A stretch of DNA of 64,000 nt from a bacterium (GTDB taxonomy: Bacteria; SAR324; XYD2-FULL-50-16), in assembly GCA_024275165.1 (NCBI GenBank), contig JAJRZQ010000036.1, positions 16,293 to 80,292 of the forward strand. The letters are read 5' to 3'. The notes beneath the pieces were generated by a model. That model ran no database searches. It had not been told where the DNA came from and saw only the letters and a list, made by a program, of their open reading frames with translations. A program made the translations under genes and the position numbers. Positions 1 through 10,074 of this stretch are shown here, piece after piece (the stretch's first letter is position 1; every line of letters begins with the position of its first letter).

Positions 1-1634
1 AGATCACCAAAGACTTCGTTACCGTCGATTTCGGTTACAAGTCCGAGGGCCAAGTCCCCACTCAAGAATTTTTCGATGAAGAAGGTACCCTTCATGTACA
101 AATCGGCGATGAAGCCGAAATCTATATCGAGCGTTTTGAAGATGAAAACGGCCAGGTCGTTGTATCAAAGGACAAGGCAGATAAACTGCGCGTTTGGGCT
201 GAGGTAGGCACCATCTTTGAAAGCGAAGGCACCATCTCCGGGGTGATTACCGCTCGCATCAAAGGCGGCCTCTCCGTCGATATCGGCATCAAGGCCTTCT
301 TACCAGGCAGTCAAGTGGACCTGCGCCCCGTACGCAACCTTGATAAACTCATCAACGAACGCTTTGACTTCAAGATTTTAAAATACAACCCCAAGCGCGG
401 CAACATCGTCTTGAGCCGCCGCGCCATCTTGGAAGTGGATCGCGCCGAACAACGCAAAAAGACCCTGCAACTCTTACAGGAAAACGCCATCATCAAAGGC
501 TTTGTCAAAAACATCACCGATTACGGCATCTTTGTGGATTTAGGCGGGGTAGACGGCCTGCTCCACATTACCGACATGACCTGGGGCCGCATCGTTCACC
601 CCTCCGACATGTACTCCATTGGCGATGAAATCGAAGTGATGGTTTTAAAGTACGACGCCGTCGAAGAAAAGGTTTCCTTAGGCCTCAAGCAAAAACAAGC
701 CAACCCCTGGGACAATGTTATCTCCAAGTACCCCATTGGCACCGAGGTTTCCGGCAAGGTGGTCAGCTTGACCAACTACGGCGCCTTTGTCGAAATCGAA
801 GAAGGCGTGGAAGGCTTGATCCATGTTTCTGAGATGAGCTGGACCAAAAAAGTCCGCCAACCCTCCAGCGTGGTGAACTTAGGCGATGAGGTGACCGCCA
901 TCATCAAAGAAGTGGACACGGAGCAACGGCGCATCAGCCTCTCGATGAAAGAGGCGATGAGCAACCCCTGGAAGGAAATCGCCGACTCTCGCCCCGTCAA
1001 CAGCGTGGTCAAGGGCAAGATTCGCAACATCACCGACTTCGGCATCTTTGTGGGCTTGGAAGAAGGAATTGACGGGCTTGTTCATATCTCGGACATGTCT
1101 TGGTCCCAACGCCAAAAAAACCCCGCCGAGCTTTACCACAAAGGGGATGAAATCGAAGTGAAGATCTTAAACATTGATGTGGACAACCAACGCTTAAGCT
1201 TAGGCATCAAGCAACTGGAACCCGATCCCTGGGAAACCTTGGAAAGCCAAATCAATGTGGGGGATATCATCCAGGGTCAGGTCGTTCATGTCGCGGACTT
1301 TGGTGTTTTTGTCGAGATCACGCCCGGAGTTGAAGGCCTGGTGCATGTCAGCGAGATTGATACCGAGGTGAGCAAAAAGAGTTTAAGCCAGTTCTACCCC
1401 ATCCATAGCGAGGTTCAAGCCAAGGTGATCAATCTCAACTCGGACGAACGCCGTTTGGGCTTGAGCGTAACCGGAATCGTGGGCGATGACGGCGAGGTCC
1501 GCCCCTTAGACGAAGCCATGGACAAACTCAAGGGAGACGGTCAGGCAACGGGCACCGAAGAAGAAGAAGAGCGCCTTCGTCAAGAAGCGCAAGCGGCTGC
1601 CGTTGCTGCCGCGGCGGCTCAAGCAGAAGAATAA
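1..1634 (+). CDS. rpsA: 30S ribosomal protein S1 (5' end outside window)
   Basis: Tandem S1 domains (AFLPGSQVD, KNITDYGIFVDLGGVDGLLHITD, YGAFVEIEEGVEGLIHVSE); frame is open to the window edge. Confidence 0.97.
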   Translation, partial: ITKDFVTVDFGYKSEGQVPTQEFFDEEGTLHVQIGDEAEIYIERFEDENGQVVVSKDKADKLRVWAEVGTIFESEGTISGVITARIKGGLSVDIGIKAFLPGSQVDLRPVRNLDKLINERFDFKILKYNPKRGNIVLSRRAILEVDRAEQRKKTLQLLQENAIIKGFVKNITDYGIFVDLGGVDGLLHITDMTWGRIVHPSDMYSIGDEIEVMVLKYDAVEEKVSLGLKQKQANPWDNVISKYPIGTEVSGKVVSLTNYGAFVEIEEGVEGLIHVSEMSWTKKVRQPSSVVNLGDEVTAIIKEVDTEQRRISLSMKEAMSNPWKEIADSRPVNSVVKGKIRNITDFGIFVGLEEGIDGLVHISDMSWSQRQKNPAELYHKGDEIEVKILNIDVDNQRLSLGIKQLEPDPWETLESQINVGDIIQGQVVHVADFGVFVEITPGVEGLVHVSEIDTEVSKKSLSQFYPIHSEVQAKVINLNSDERRLGLSVTGIVGDDGEVRPLDEAMDKLKGDGQATGTEEEEERLRQEAQAAAVAAAAAQAEE

Positions 1635-1670
1635 GGAAGCCTTTATTGACTTAAGGCTCTCAACCATCCA

Positions 1671-1691
1671 GGGAGGCTCAAAGAGCCTCCC
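1671..1691 (+). other. Intercistronic hairpin after rpsA
   Basis: GGGAGGCTC-AAA-GAGCCTCCC; no U-tract follows. Confidence 0.55.
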
Positions 1692-1709
1692 CTATCCCCC
1701 CTTCCCGCC

Positions 1710-2576
1710 ATGCGCAAGGAAGACTTCTTTACCTACAAACGACCGATCAAAAAGACTCTGCTCTGGTTGATCCTCATCTCTCTTTTATTGCACCTCTTGC
1801 TGTTTGTTTATTTTTCCCTGCAAAAGGAAGAAAAACCCCCGCAACCTCAAGCAATTGAAGTTGAACTCGCTCCCAGCACCCCCAGCAGAGCCCCGGCAAC
1901 AAAGACAAAAAAGGCAGCGCCAAAAAGCGTGATAAAAAAAAGAGCCCCAAAAAAGGCGAAAGCCCAAGCAAGCTTGCGACCTCCTAAGCTTCGATTAAAC
2001 AGCCAAGTCGAGTCCTTGCAAAGAGAGGTCTTTCGCCTGAGCGACCAGGCCGAAGTTCCCGCCTCCAAAACCTTGACTTCCCCAACCCCCTTCCAAGAGA
2101 GTCCACCCACGCCCCAGGCCCCAGGCAGCCCAAAAACAGCCATTCCCCCCGTTGCCGAGGCCCCGCGCGGGATTTCCGCGGAAGAAACGATTCAAGTCGG
2201 CAAGCTCCCCTTAGAGCCGGGGGAATTCAAACCAGCCAACCCCCTCGCCTCGGCAAGGCCCCAAAAAACCCAGCAACCCGCAAAGTCCAAAGAGGGAAAA
2301 GGCCAAAAAGGATTACTCATTGAAGGAGAGGTCCGAGGCAGGACCATTATTTTTCGCCCTCAGCCCCCGAGATTGAATTTAGCGCAGGATGTAACCGTGA
2401 CCTTGAGCTTTCGGGTGCTGCATGATGGAACGGTGGATCAAATCGTCCCCTTGATCAAGGGGAACGCGAAATTAGAACAAGTCGCCATCGACTTGGTCAG
2501 CCGATATCGCTTTCAGCCCTTAGAACCAGGCGCCGCCCCCCAAAAAGGCACGATTCGCGTTATTCTGACTCGTTAA
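1710..2576 (+). CDS. TonB-like energy transducer
   Basis: N-terminal TM with SxxxH (SLLLH), Pro/Lys-rich linker, C-terminal TonB-like domain (VTLSFRVLHDGTV...YRFQP). Confidence 0.7.
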   Translation: MRKEDFFTYKRPIKKTLLWLILISLLLHLLLFVYFSLQKEEKPPQPQAIEVELAPSTPSRAPATKTKKAAPKSVIKKRAPKKAKAQASLRPPKLRLNSQVESLQREVFRLSDQAEVPASKTLTSPTPFQESPPTPQAPGSPKTAIPPVAEAPRGISAEETIQVGKLPLEPGEFKPANPLASARPQKTQQPAKSKEGKGQKGLLIEGEVRGRTIIFRPQPPRLNLAQDVTVTLSFRVLHDGTVDQIVPLIKGNAKLEQVAIDLVSRYRFQPLEPGAAPQKGTIRVILTR

Positions 2577-5500
2577 GGCTGGTAGGCTCAATGGAAAGGC
2601 TGGCATGCAGCTGGGTGGAGAGTTCTTTTAGGTGTTCATTTGCCGCGTCAAAGTTGAACTCGTCGAGTTCCTCAATAATCGGGGTCAACTTGGGAGCGGG
2701 CACGAGGGCAATGATTCTGGATTGATGACTGTGCAACAGGTCTTGGGCGCGAAACCCCTCCCCCCTGGATAAATGCTGCAAGACCAAATCAAAAATCCCT
2801 AAAACCTCTTCCAACTCTACATCCTGCGCGGGCTGAATCTCAAAATTGGAGCCTCTTAACTTGGCAATCACCTTAAGGAGTTGGTTGATCTCTTGCTCCA
2901 ATTCAATAATCTTCCCCACTGCTTCGCTTTGGTTGCCTGCCAAGGCTGCCCGCTCCAACTCCTCAGCCACCCGCCGAACTTGTATCGCGCTGATATTACC
3001 AGAGCTACCCTTGATTCGGTGCGCCGACTGGGCCAGTTGGGTTAAATCATTTTGATCCCGAGCGCGGAAAATTGTCAGCATGATTTCAGACTGCCCCCGG
3101 GCAAAGCTGGTCAAAGCGTCGAGGTACAGCTTCACGCTCCCCCAGCGAAGCACCCCTGCCTCCGTATTTAACCCCGGCATTTCCTGGGGAAGTCGGGCCT
3201 CTGTTTCCGGCGCTTTGACCTTGATTAAAACCGGCTCCCCGCCCAAATATTGCTCTAGGAGTTGGAACAATTCCACAAATTGAATCGGTTTGGCCACATA
3301 TTCATTCATCTTCGCCGCTTCGCAATCTGCCCTCACATCCGCGGGGTCTGAGGCGCTCACCGCAAAAATCGGCAAATCCTCCTCACTACAGCCCTCCAAG
3401 GCCCGAATTTGTTTGCTCGCTTCATAGCCACTCAAATCGGGCAACTGCAGATCCATTAAAATGAGATCCACCGAACCGGTTTGCGCCCTGGTGACCGCTT
3501 CGCTCCCACGGCTCGCCTTTTCGACCTGATACCCCTTTTCCCTTAACCGGGTTGTCAACAGCAGTTGATTGGTGCTGTCATCATCCACCACCAAAATGAG
3601 GTGGTTTGAGGTTGCAGGGGCCGGCTCCGGTGCGGAATCCATCAACAGATCAATTTGAGAGAGCAACGCGGCCCGCTTGACCGGTTTGAAAAGATACCCC
3701 GTACCGCTACATTGCTCGACCTCTTTTAGCTGCGCTGGTTTTAGATAAGAAACCATCAAAATAAAAAGCATGTTTGCGCAGGCGGGGGAGTGTTTCAGAA
3801 GCTTGATCAACTCCAAACCGCCTCGCGCAGAAAGGTTGGCGTCCACCAAGGCAAAATCGACCGGATTGCGTTCCAACTGCGCGATCACCTCTTCCTCGCT
3901 CAAGGCCAAAAGAACTTCCATCTCCCACCCAAGCAACAGATTCTGCAAGGCGTTTAAACTTTCCGGGTCACTGTCGGCAACTAAAACGCGTTTCAAGCCC
4001 TTGCTTTTTAAGTGATAATGCTCATGTGAAAGAGCGGGGCCCGCCAACCCGAAATCGAGAGAAAAGAAAAAACTCGTTCCCCTCTTCACCTCGCTTTTCA
4101 ACCAGATGCGGCCCCCCATCAGCTCGATCAACTGCTTTGAGATCGTCGTTCCCAAGCCGGTACCGCCGTATTTGCGAGTCGTGGAAGAATCGGTCTGGGT
4201 GAAGCTTTCAAAGACCTCGTTAATTTTATCCGCGGCAATCCCAATCCCCGTATCCCGAATTTCAAAAAGAACCCGGACCTCTTTTTTGGGTTTGCGCTCG
4301 ACCTTCATCAGCAAGGCTACCGAACCCTTTTCGGTAAATTTAATGGCGTTGCCCAAAAGGTTTAAAAGCACCTGCCGCAAGCGGGTCGGGTCTCCAATCA
4401 AAGGGGAAGGCATGGCAGGATCCAGATTTAAGACCATATCCAGCCCTTTTTTATGGGCCTCGCTCATGAAGGTATCCAGTACCTCTTCACTCAATTTAAT
4501 CGGGTCAAAGGTGATTTGCTCCACCACCATTTTATGCACTTCCAACTTGGATAAATCCAAAATATCATTGAGCAACTTCAAAAGATTCCTCGCCCCGCCA
4601 TTAGCGGCTTCAATATACCTTCTTTGGGTCGGAGTCAGGTCGGTACTTAAAGACAACTCGGTCATCCCGATGATTCCATTCATGGGGGTGCGGATCTCAT
4701 GACTCATGTTCGCCAAAAAAGAGGACTTGAGTTTCGCTGCCGCTTGCGCCTCTTCCTTTGCGGTGATGAGGGATTTTTGCAAGGCCTTTTCTTCGGTGAT
4801 GTCCCTTAAAACCACCGTATAAAAAAACTCCTCCCCTTGCGGGGTGTGACTGAAGGAAATATACAAGGGGAATAAAACCCCCTCTTTGTTGCGACCAAAA
4901 ACCTCTTTTGTTTGTACATTTTGGTTTTTCCCTAGGAGCGAGAAAAGATATTCCCAAATGTTTTCTTGATCATCGGTCATTAGATGTCGCAAGGGCCGAC
5001 CCATGATATCGGCGGCCCCAAAACCAAAAATTTCTTCCACCGCAGGATTAAAAGAGACAATCTCACCCTGCTCATTCAACACTAAAATCCCCTCCACCAC
5101 ATTCTCAAAAATCGCTTTCAAGCGGCCATAGCTACTCAATCAACTGAGGCGCATGCGATTGAAGGCTTCGGTCAAGTCGGTAACCTCGCCCTCCCCCTTT
5201 TCCGGCAGGCTCTCTTGCAGGTCACCTGCGGCAAAACGCCGAGCGGCCTGAGTCAGCTCCATGATAGGCAGAGCGATTTTTTTGGCGCTTCGCAGTGAAA
5301 GCAGGGTGGCCAACAAGATCATCAGGCCAATTAAGAAAACCCCCGAAGCCTTGGCCAACCAGCCGATCTGCACGACCGTTTTCCGGTCTGCCTGCATTCT
5401 TTGGGTCATGATATCGGTTAGAGCTTGCAATCGGTTTTCCAAGGCCTCATCCAAGGGACGATGCACCTTGGTAATCAATTGAAAAGTCCGATTCCAACTC

Positions 5501-6303
5501 GGTTGCACACGGTTGAACATCGCCCCCTTGGCAGCGAGCTTATAAGCGGCAAAGTCTTTTTTTACCCTCCTTAGCGCGACTCGTTGGCGCTGGGTCAGCG
5601 AGAATTTCTGCAAGCGGGATAAATAACTCTCAATAATTTCAATGGATTGTTTAAACATCTCTTCTTTGGCGGGCCTCGCGTCATGCAAATAGGCATCCAA
5701 AATACTCCAACCGTAAACAAAATAATGTGAAAAATCGAGCAGGGTGGAAGAAATCAGGGTATCTTTCCCCCCCGCCCGCTTTCGCTCCTCACTCAACATC
5801 AAATCAATATTGTGGTTCAAGCGCTTTGAAAGAGGGGCGACTTCGTGCTCAAAAAGATAACGCGCCGGTTCGTTTTCCTCACTGTGGGCCAACCCTTCAA
5901 TTTGATCTTGAAGCATCTGGTATTGCACCAAATGATCTTTAATTTCATTTAATAAATTCTGAATCTCCTTTGAGTCAGAAAAGATCAAAGCTTGAAAGCG
6001 AGCCAAAGAAGGATAGATTTTCTCCGTCCAAACAGCGCGCCTTTGCTCGACAAATCGAGGGTCGGCAAACTCCATCCAGTCTCGCAGCAAGGTTTGAGAT
6101 TTTTGAATTTGAATATAAACCTGATCAATCGACTCCATGGTAGGCTGAGTCTTATTCACCACCTTAACGGCAATGGTATTCATCCAAAAAATAGCGCCCA
6201 AAGCGACCAACAATAACAAAACCCCTAAACCTGCCAAGGCGAGGTGAGATTGTAAGAGTTGATTGCGCAGGTTTTTTTGGCTGAATTTTTGAAAAAAAGT
6301 CAT
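2560..6303 (-). pseudogene. Membrane hybrid sensor histidine kinase (TM-periplasmic-TM-HAMP-PAS-HisKA-HATPase-REC-REC-HPt) interrupted by an in-frame TGA at 5140-5142
   Basis: ORFs 5140..6303 and 2560..5139 abut in the same frame (RMRLS*LSSYGRLKA). Motifs: FLANMSHEIRTPMNG, NLLGNAIKFT, GGTGLG, AHRIKGSS. Confidence 0.85.
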
Positions 6304-6621
6304 GAAGGTTTCAGGCTTATTTTTTTTGCTCAGGCTAGCAAACAAGCCAAAAAGGCAAAAGAGTTTTCTTCCTTATTTCGACGAATGAACAGGGTTTAAG
6401 CCTTTTTTAAAGCTAGATCTATAATCCCATCCGCCTGCTCCATCCACCAAGGCAACTCTACAAAATTTAGAAGGCGCCTCATATTTTCATTCTCTCCCCT
6501 CCCCCAGGCTGCCTTACTGAGCGTATGAAAAAAAATTCATTAGCTTTGCGTTGCCCCTCTTTCGATTTCTTGCTAATTTTTGCGTTCATTTATTTTTTCA
6601 ATTTTTTGATAAAAACAAAGA

Positions 6622-7740
6622 ATGAAAAAGCTTATTCTCAATCTGATCAGCTTCGCCTTGCTGGCGACCCCTGTTTTTGGCTTGGATTTGGCGCCCAACG
6701 CGATGCCTTCCGATGATACCGACAGTGATGCCCACAGCCTGCGCGCCGTAGGGGCCGCTTTGCGCCTGGCCCCTGTTGAGGGGCGGTTTTTTGGGCGTAT
6801 CCGCTCCACCATGGTTTATCATAATTATACCAACGACGCGATCAAATACAACTACCTCGATACAACCAGTGACGCGCGTTTGGGGTACACGGTGAAATCC
6901 CAAGCCGGGGAATGGATGACCTCGGCCACCATTGATTACAATATCGAGTCGGCAGACTCGAAAATTGAGGCCCGTTACCTTTTTGTAACCATTGAAAATA
7001 CGGAGTTTTCCTTTCGTATCGGCAGGCAAGAGCCGGGGGGCAGCACCCTGGGAGGCCGCTACCTGCAAAATATTGATGAAACCTTGGTGATCGGCGAGAC
7101 CATCGGCTTTGGCGATTACCTGACTTTTCGCCTTAAAAAACCGGGCCTACAATTGGTTGTGGGGCGTGCCGCCGGGGGAAATGTCACCGGGGCGGAAGTG
7201 ATCCCCAACCGCGAAGAGGCCTCCGCGCTTTTTTGGCGAACGCACCTAGGCGAATTCGATGTCAGCGCCAGCGTTACAAACATCAATGAAAAGGTGAATG
7301 TTTTAGCCCAGTCCAAAAACTTGGCCGTCCATGGCGCGGAACGCTATCAAAGCGCTGCCGGAGCGATACAGACCCCCTTGGGCCCTGGCCGACTCAGCTT
7401 AAACTTTGACCGCTACAAAAAGGCGCATCTTGACACCCAAGCCTCGAACATCAACAAGCAGACCGATATTTTCTTTTACGACCTGCCCTTTAGCCCAGAT
7501 GACGGCCTAACCTTAGCCTATTCCAAGGAAAAAGAAACCGACGGGAGCCAATACCCGACCCGCTTTGTCAGTACAGATATCGGATACACCTACTCCATGG
7601 GTATTTTACGGCTTTACGGAGCGGTCAACAGAACCCTTTTGACAGACCAAGATGGCGGTACAAATATTAAGGAAACCCAGTTCGGGGTCGGGATGGGGGC
7701 CTTTTCTAACCCTTGCGACAAGGCTCAACCTGCCTCCTGA
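6622..7740 (+). CDS. Putative outer-membrane porin/beta-barrel, with a probable 1-nt deletion near the 3' end
   Basis: Signal peptide and amphipathic strands. One more T in the run at 7702-7705 would give the typical terminal ...GVGMGAFF* (TAA 7707-7709). Confidence 0.65.
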   Translation: MKKLILNLISFALLATPVFGLDLAPNAMPSDDTDSDAHSLRAVGAALRLAPVEGRFFGRIRSTMVYHNYTNDAIKYNYLDTTSDARLGYTVKSQAGEWMTSATIDYNIESADSKIEARYLFVTIENTEFSFRIGRQEPGGSTLGGRYLQNIDETLVIGETIGFGDYLTFRLKKPGLQLVVGRAAGGNVTGAEVIPNREEASALFWRTHLGEFDVSASVTNINEKVNVLAQSKNLAVHGAERYQSAAGAIQTPLGPGRLSLNFDRYKKAHLDTQASNINKQTDIFFYDLPFSPDDGLTLAYSKEKETDGSQYPTRFVSTDIGYTYSMGILRLYGAVNRTLLTDQDGGTNIKETQFGVGMGAFSNPCDKAQPAS

Positions 7741-7768
7741 TTAGAAAAAAAACAAGGTGAAGCTTTGA

Positions 7769-7978
7769 GGAACCTCTGAAAAACTCCTTGCCTACCGCTT
7801 GCTCAAGCGGTAGGTTCGCGCCCTTCGGGCTGATTATGGCCCCTGGGGCGCGTCAAGTTTTTCCGTCTTTTCGGTTGCGCATGAAATCCACAACCTCAAC
7901 GCAACTCAATAAGTACCAATTTTTGATTTGGCAAGGCATCCTTGCCTTGTTAGTACCTCTGCGCTTTTCAGAGTTTCC
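7769..7978. mobile_element. MITE copy 1 (IS5-type ends)
   Basis: TIRs GGAACCTCTGAAAA / TTTTCAGAGTTTCC; internal palindrome CCTACCGCTTG-CT-CAAGCGGTAGG; inverted homolog at 54139-54349. Confidence 0.85.
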
Positions 7979-7994
7979 TTAACTCACAAGAGGG

Positions 7995-8288
7995 TCACGC
8001 ATCACCCTTAAAGTCCACCACTTTAACCAAACTTGCGTGCTCTTGCACCCAGGCCCTCACCTTTTGGTGCTCTGGGTGCTCGTTATAAAGGTTTAAGGCC
8101 TCTAAGCTTTCAAAGCTCGCAAACAGCGCCAGATCCATACTGCGCTCGCTCTTGAGTATATCCAGCTCAACTCGCATTTTTTTAATCTCTTGAATCCTTG
8201 CCGGCAAGGCCTCCAACAGTTGCTTTAAATGCTCCACCTGAGCGGGGTTATTCTTTTTCAATTTAAACATCACAATATGTTGAATCAT
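7995..8288 (-). CDS. Dabb family (stress-responsive A/B barrel) protein
   Basis: MIQHIVMFKLK ... FESLEALNLYNEHPEH ... VVDF. Confidence 0.9.
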   Translation of the reverse strand: MIQHIVMFKLKKNNPAQVEHLKQLLEALPARIQEIKKMRVELDILKSERSMDLALFASFESLEALNLYNEHPEHQKVRAWVQEHASLVKVVDFKGDA

Positions 8289-9058
8289 GCCAATTCTTTT
8301 TTAATTCTGGTTTCACAGAGGTTTAAAGCTTTCAGTCGCTGCTGCGGGTCCGGTTCTAAAAGCTTTTGCAGGTATTCTTGTTCCACTTCGTTTTTTTTGA
8401 TAAAATAGCGAAAGACCACTCCATATAAAATCTTCAAGCGGGTTGTAAGATCCGCAGAGCCACCAAGCTCTTTTTTCAGTCGTCGCGACTCTTCAAAAGC
8501 CAATTTGGTCACCTTTTCCCGCAGCTTTTGGGGGATTTCCGTTTCCTCCTCCCCTAAGTAAAACTGGGAGAGGTCCATCAAGCGATTAATCTGGACCAAT
8601 ATTTTCCCTAGTTCAGGGGAATCGTCAGGCAGAGCGCTCAGGTTGTCTAAAAAAACCTGACGCAGGTCGGGAGGAGGCAAGGCTTTGACCTCTTCAGGGC
8701 GAAAATCCAAAGGAGTACCCCCTGTTTTTTGATAAAAAAGCTTGGCCAGTTCAGCGTCGAAAAACAACCAAAACTTGGCTTGGTGCCCCTTTTTGCCCGG
8801 GCGAGGCCGTTCTAAAAACCAAAAGAGTTCTCTTTCGCCAAATAAAACTTCCTCCAGTAGAGCAAAGGCATCGAGTAGTTGATCCTCTTGGGTAAAGTCT
8901 AAAAGCTGATTCTCGGTTAAAATCAAGTTCCAACCAAGGCGACTGTAGTCTTTTTGTTCCACGCGGCTTAATTTTTCCGCTTCTTCGAGACAGCGGGCAA
9001 AAAAAGAGGGATAAAAAAATTGTAGCTTGCGTTTTTCAGGTAGGGCTTTGGGGGACAT
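8285..9058 (-). CDS. Hypothetical protein
   Basis: 257-aa ORF coupled to the Dabb gene by an ATGA overlap. Confidence 0.7.
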   Translation of the reverse strand: MSPKALPEKRKLQFFYPSFFARCLEEAEKLSRVEQKDYSRLGWNLILTENQLLDFTQEDQLLDAFALLEEVLFGERELFWFLERPRPGKKGHQAKFWLFFDAELAKLFYQKTGGTPLDFRPEEVKALPPPDLRQVFLDNLSALPDDSPELGKILVQINRLMDLSQFYLGEEETEIPQKLREKVTKLAFEESRRLKKELGGSADLTTRLKILYGVVFRYFIKKNEVEQEYLQKLLEPDPQQRLKALNLCETRIKKELA

Positions 9059-9213
9059 AACTCCATTCTCCGTTTGGAAAAAGCTTAACCCAGCCGTTCA
9101 AAAAGGGAAACCCCGCCAAGGGACTATTTACTTTCTCTGCAATAGGCGAAATAATAATTCGAGAATATCTGAAAGTGCCCATCTGTGGGTTTTTTCAATC
9201 TTTAAGGATAGAA

Positions 9214-10074
9214 ATGCCCTCGCCCCCTCTCTTTGCCGACCTGCACTGCCATTCCACCCATTCCGACGGCACCTTGAGCCCCATCGAACTAGTGGAAGAA
9301 GCCTGGAGAAAGGGGATCAAACTCTTATCCCTGACCGATCACGACTGCCTGAGTGGGTTGCCCGAGGCCGCGAACGAGGCAAACCGCTTAGGGATTGATT
9401 TCATCCCCGGAATCGAATTGAGCGCTCGTTACAAGGGAGGAAACCTCCATATCTTAGGCTACGGCTTTGACCCCCATAACGCTCTACTGAACCAGGCTTT
9501 GGCCCAATTTCAATTGGAACGGGCGCAGCGAAACGCAAAAATGCTGCGCAAACTGCAAGCCTTTGGCTTAGAGGTCACCTTAGAGGAATTTTTAGAGGTC
9601 GCCGGCCCCAGCGCAAGCCCGGGCCGCCCCCATGCGGCTCGTTTGTTGGTTGAAAAGGGCTATTGCCCAGACTTGCAAGCGGCCTTTGCCCATTATCTCT
9701 CTCCAGGCAAGCCGGGATTTGTCCCTAAATACAACTTCGAGCCCGCAGCAGCGATCAAACTACTCCATCAAGCAGGGGGGAAGGCGGTCTTGGCCCACCC
9801 CTGCACCCTCAACCGCACCGCCCAGAGCCTAACTCAGTATGTTGACCGGCTCAAAGCCTCGGGGCTTGATGGGGTTGAAGCCTATAACTCGGCCCACCAC
9901 CCCGAAGAAGCGGCTCATTATCTGGCCTTAGCGCAAGAACTGGGCTTGTGGATTACAGGCGGTTCAGACTACCATGGAGCCAACAAAAAAAATGTTGAGC
10001 TTGGGGAATGGCAACCCCGGCAGATGATCCCCTTCAACTGGATTTCACCCCACATCGCCTCAGGAGCAAGTTGA
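9214..10074 (+). CDS. PHP-domain phosphoesterase (TrpH/YciV-like)
   Basis: DLHCHSTHSDG, LTDHD, GIELS, GRPH, LAHP, GGSDYHG. Confidence 0.92.
   Translation: MPSPPLFADLHCHSTHSDGTLSPIELVEEAWRKGIKLLSLTDHDCLSGLPEAANEANRLGIDFIPGIELSARYKGGNLHILGYGFDPHNALLNQALAQFQLERAQRNAKMLRKLQAFGLEVTLEEFLEVAGPSASPGRPHAARLLVEKGYCPDLQAAFAHYLSPGKPGFVPKYNFEPAAAIKLLHQAGGKAVLAHPCTLNRTAQSLTQYVDRLKASGLDGVEAYNSAHHPEEAAHYLALAQELGLWITGGSDYHGANKKNVELGEWQPRQMIPFNWISPHIASGAS

Noticed and set aside
7788..7982. Paralogous small ORFs starting MPTACSSGRF (also 54109..54330)
   Set aside because: Both are translations of the MITE, with TTG starts and divergent ends
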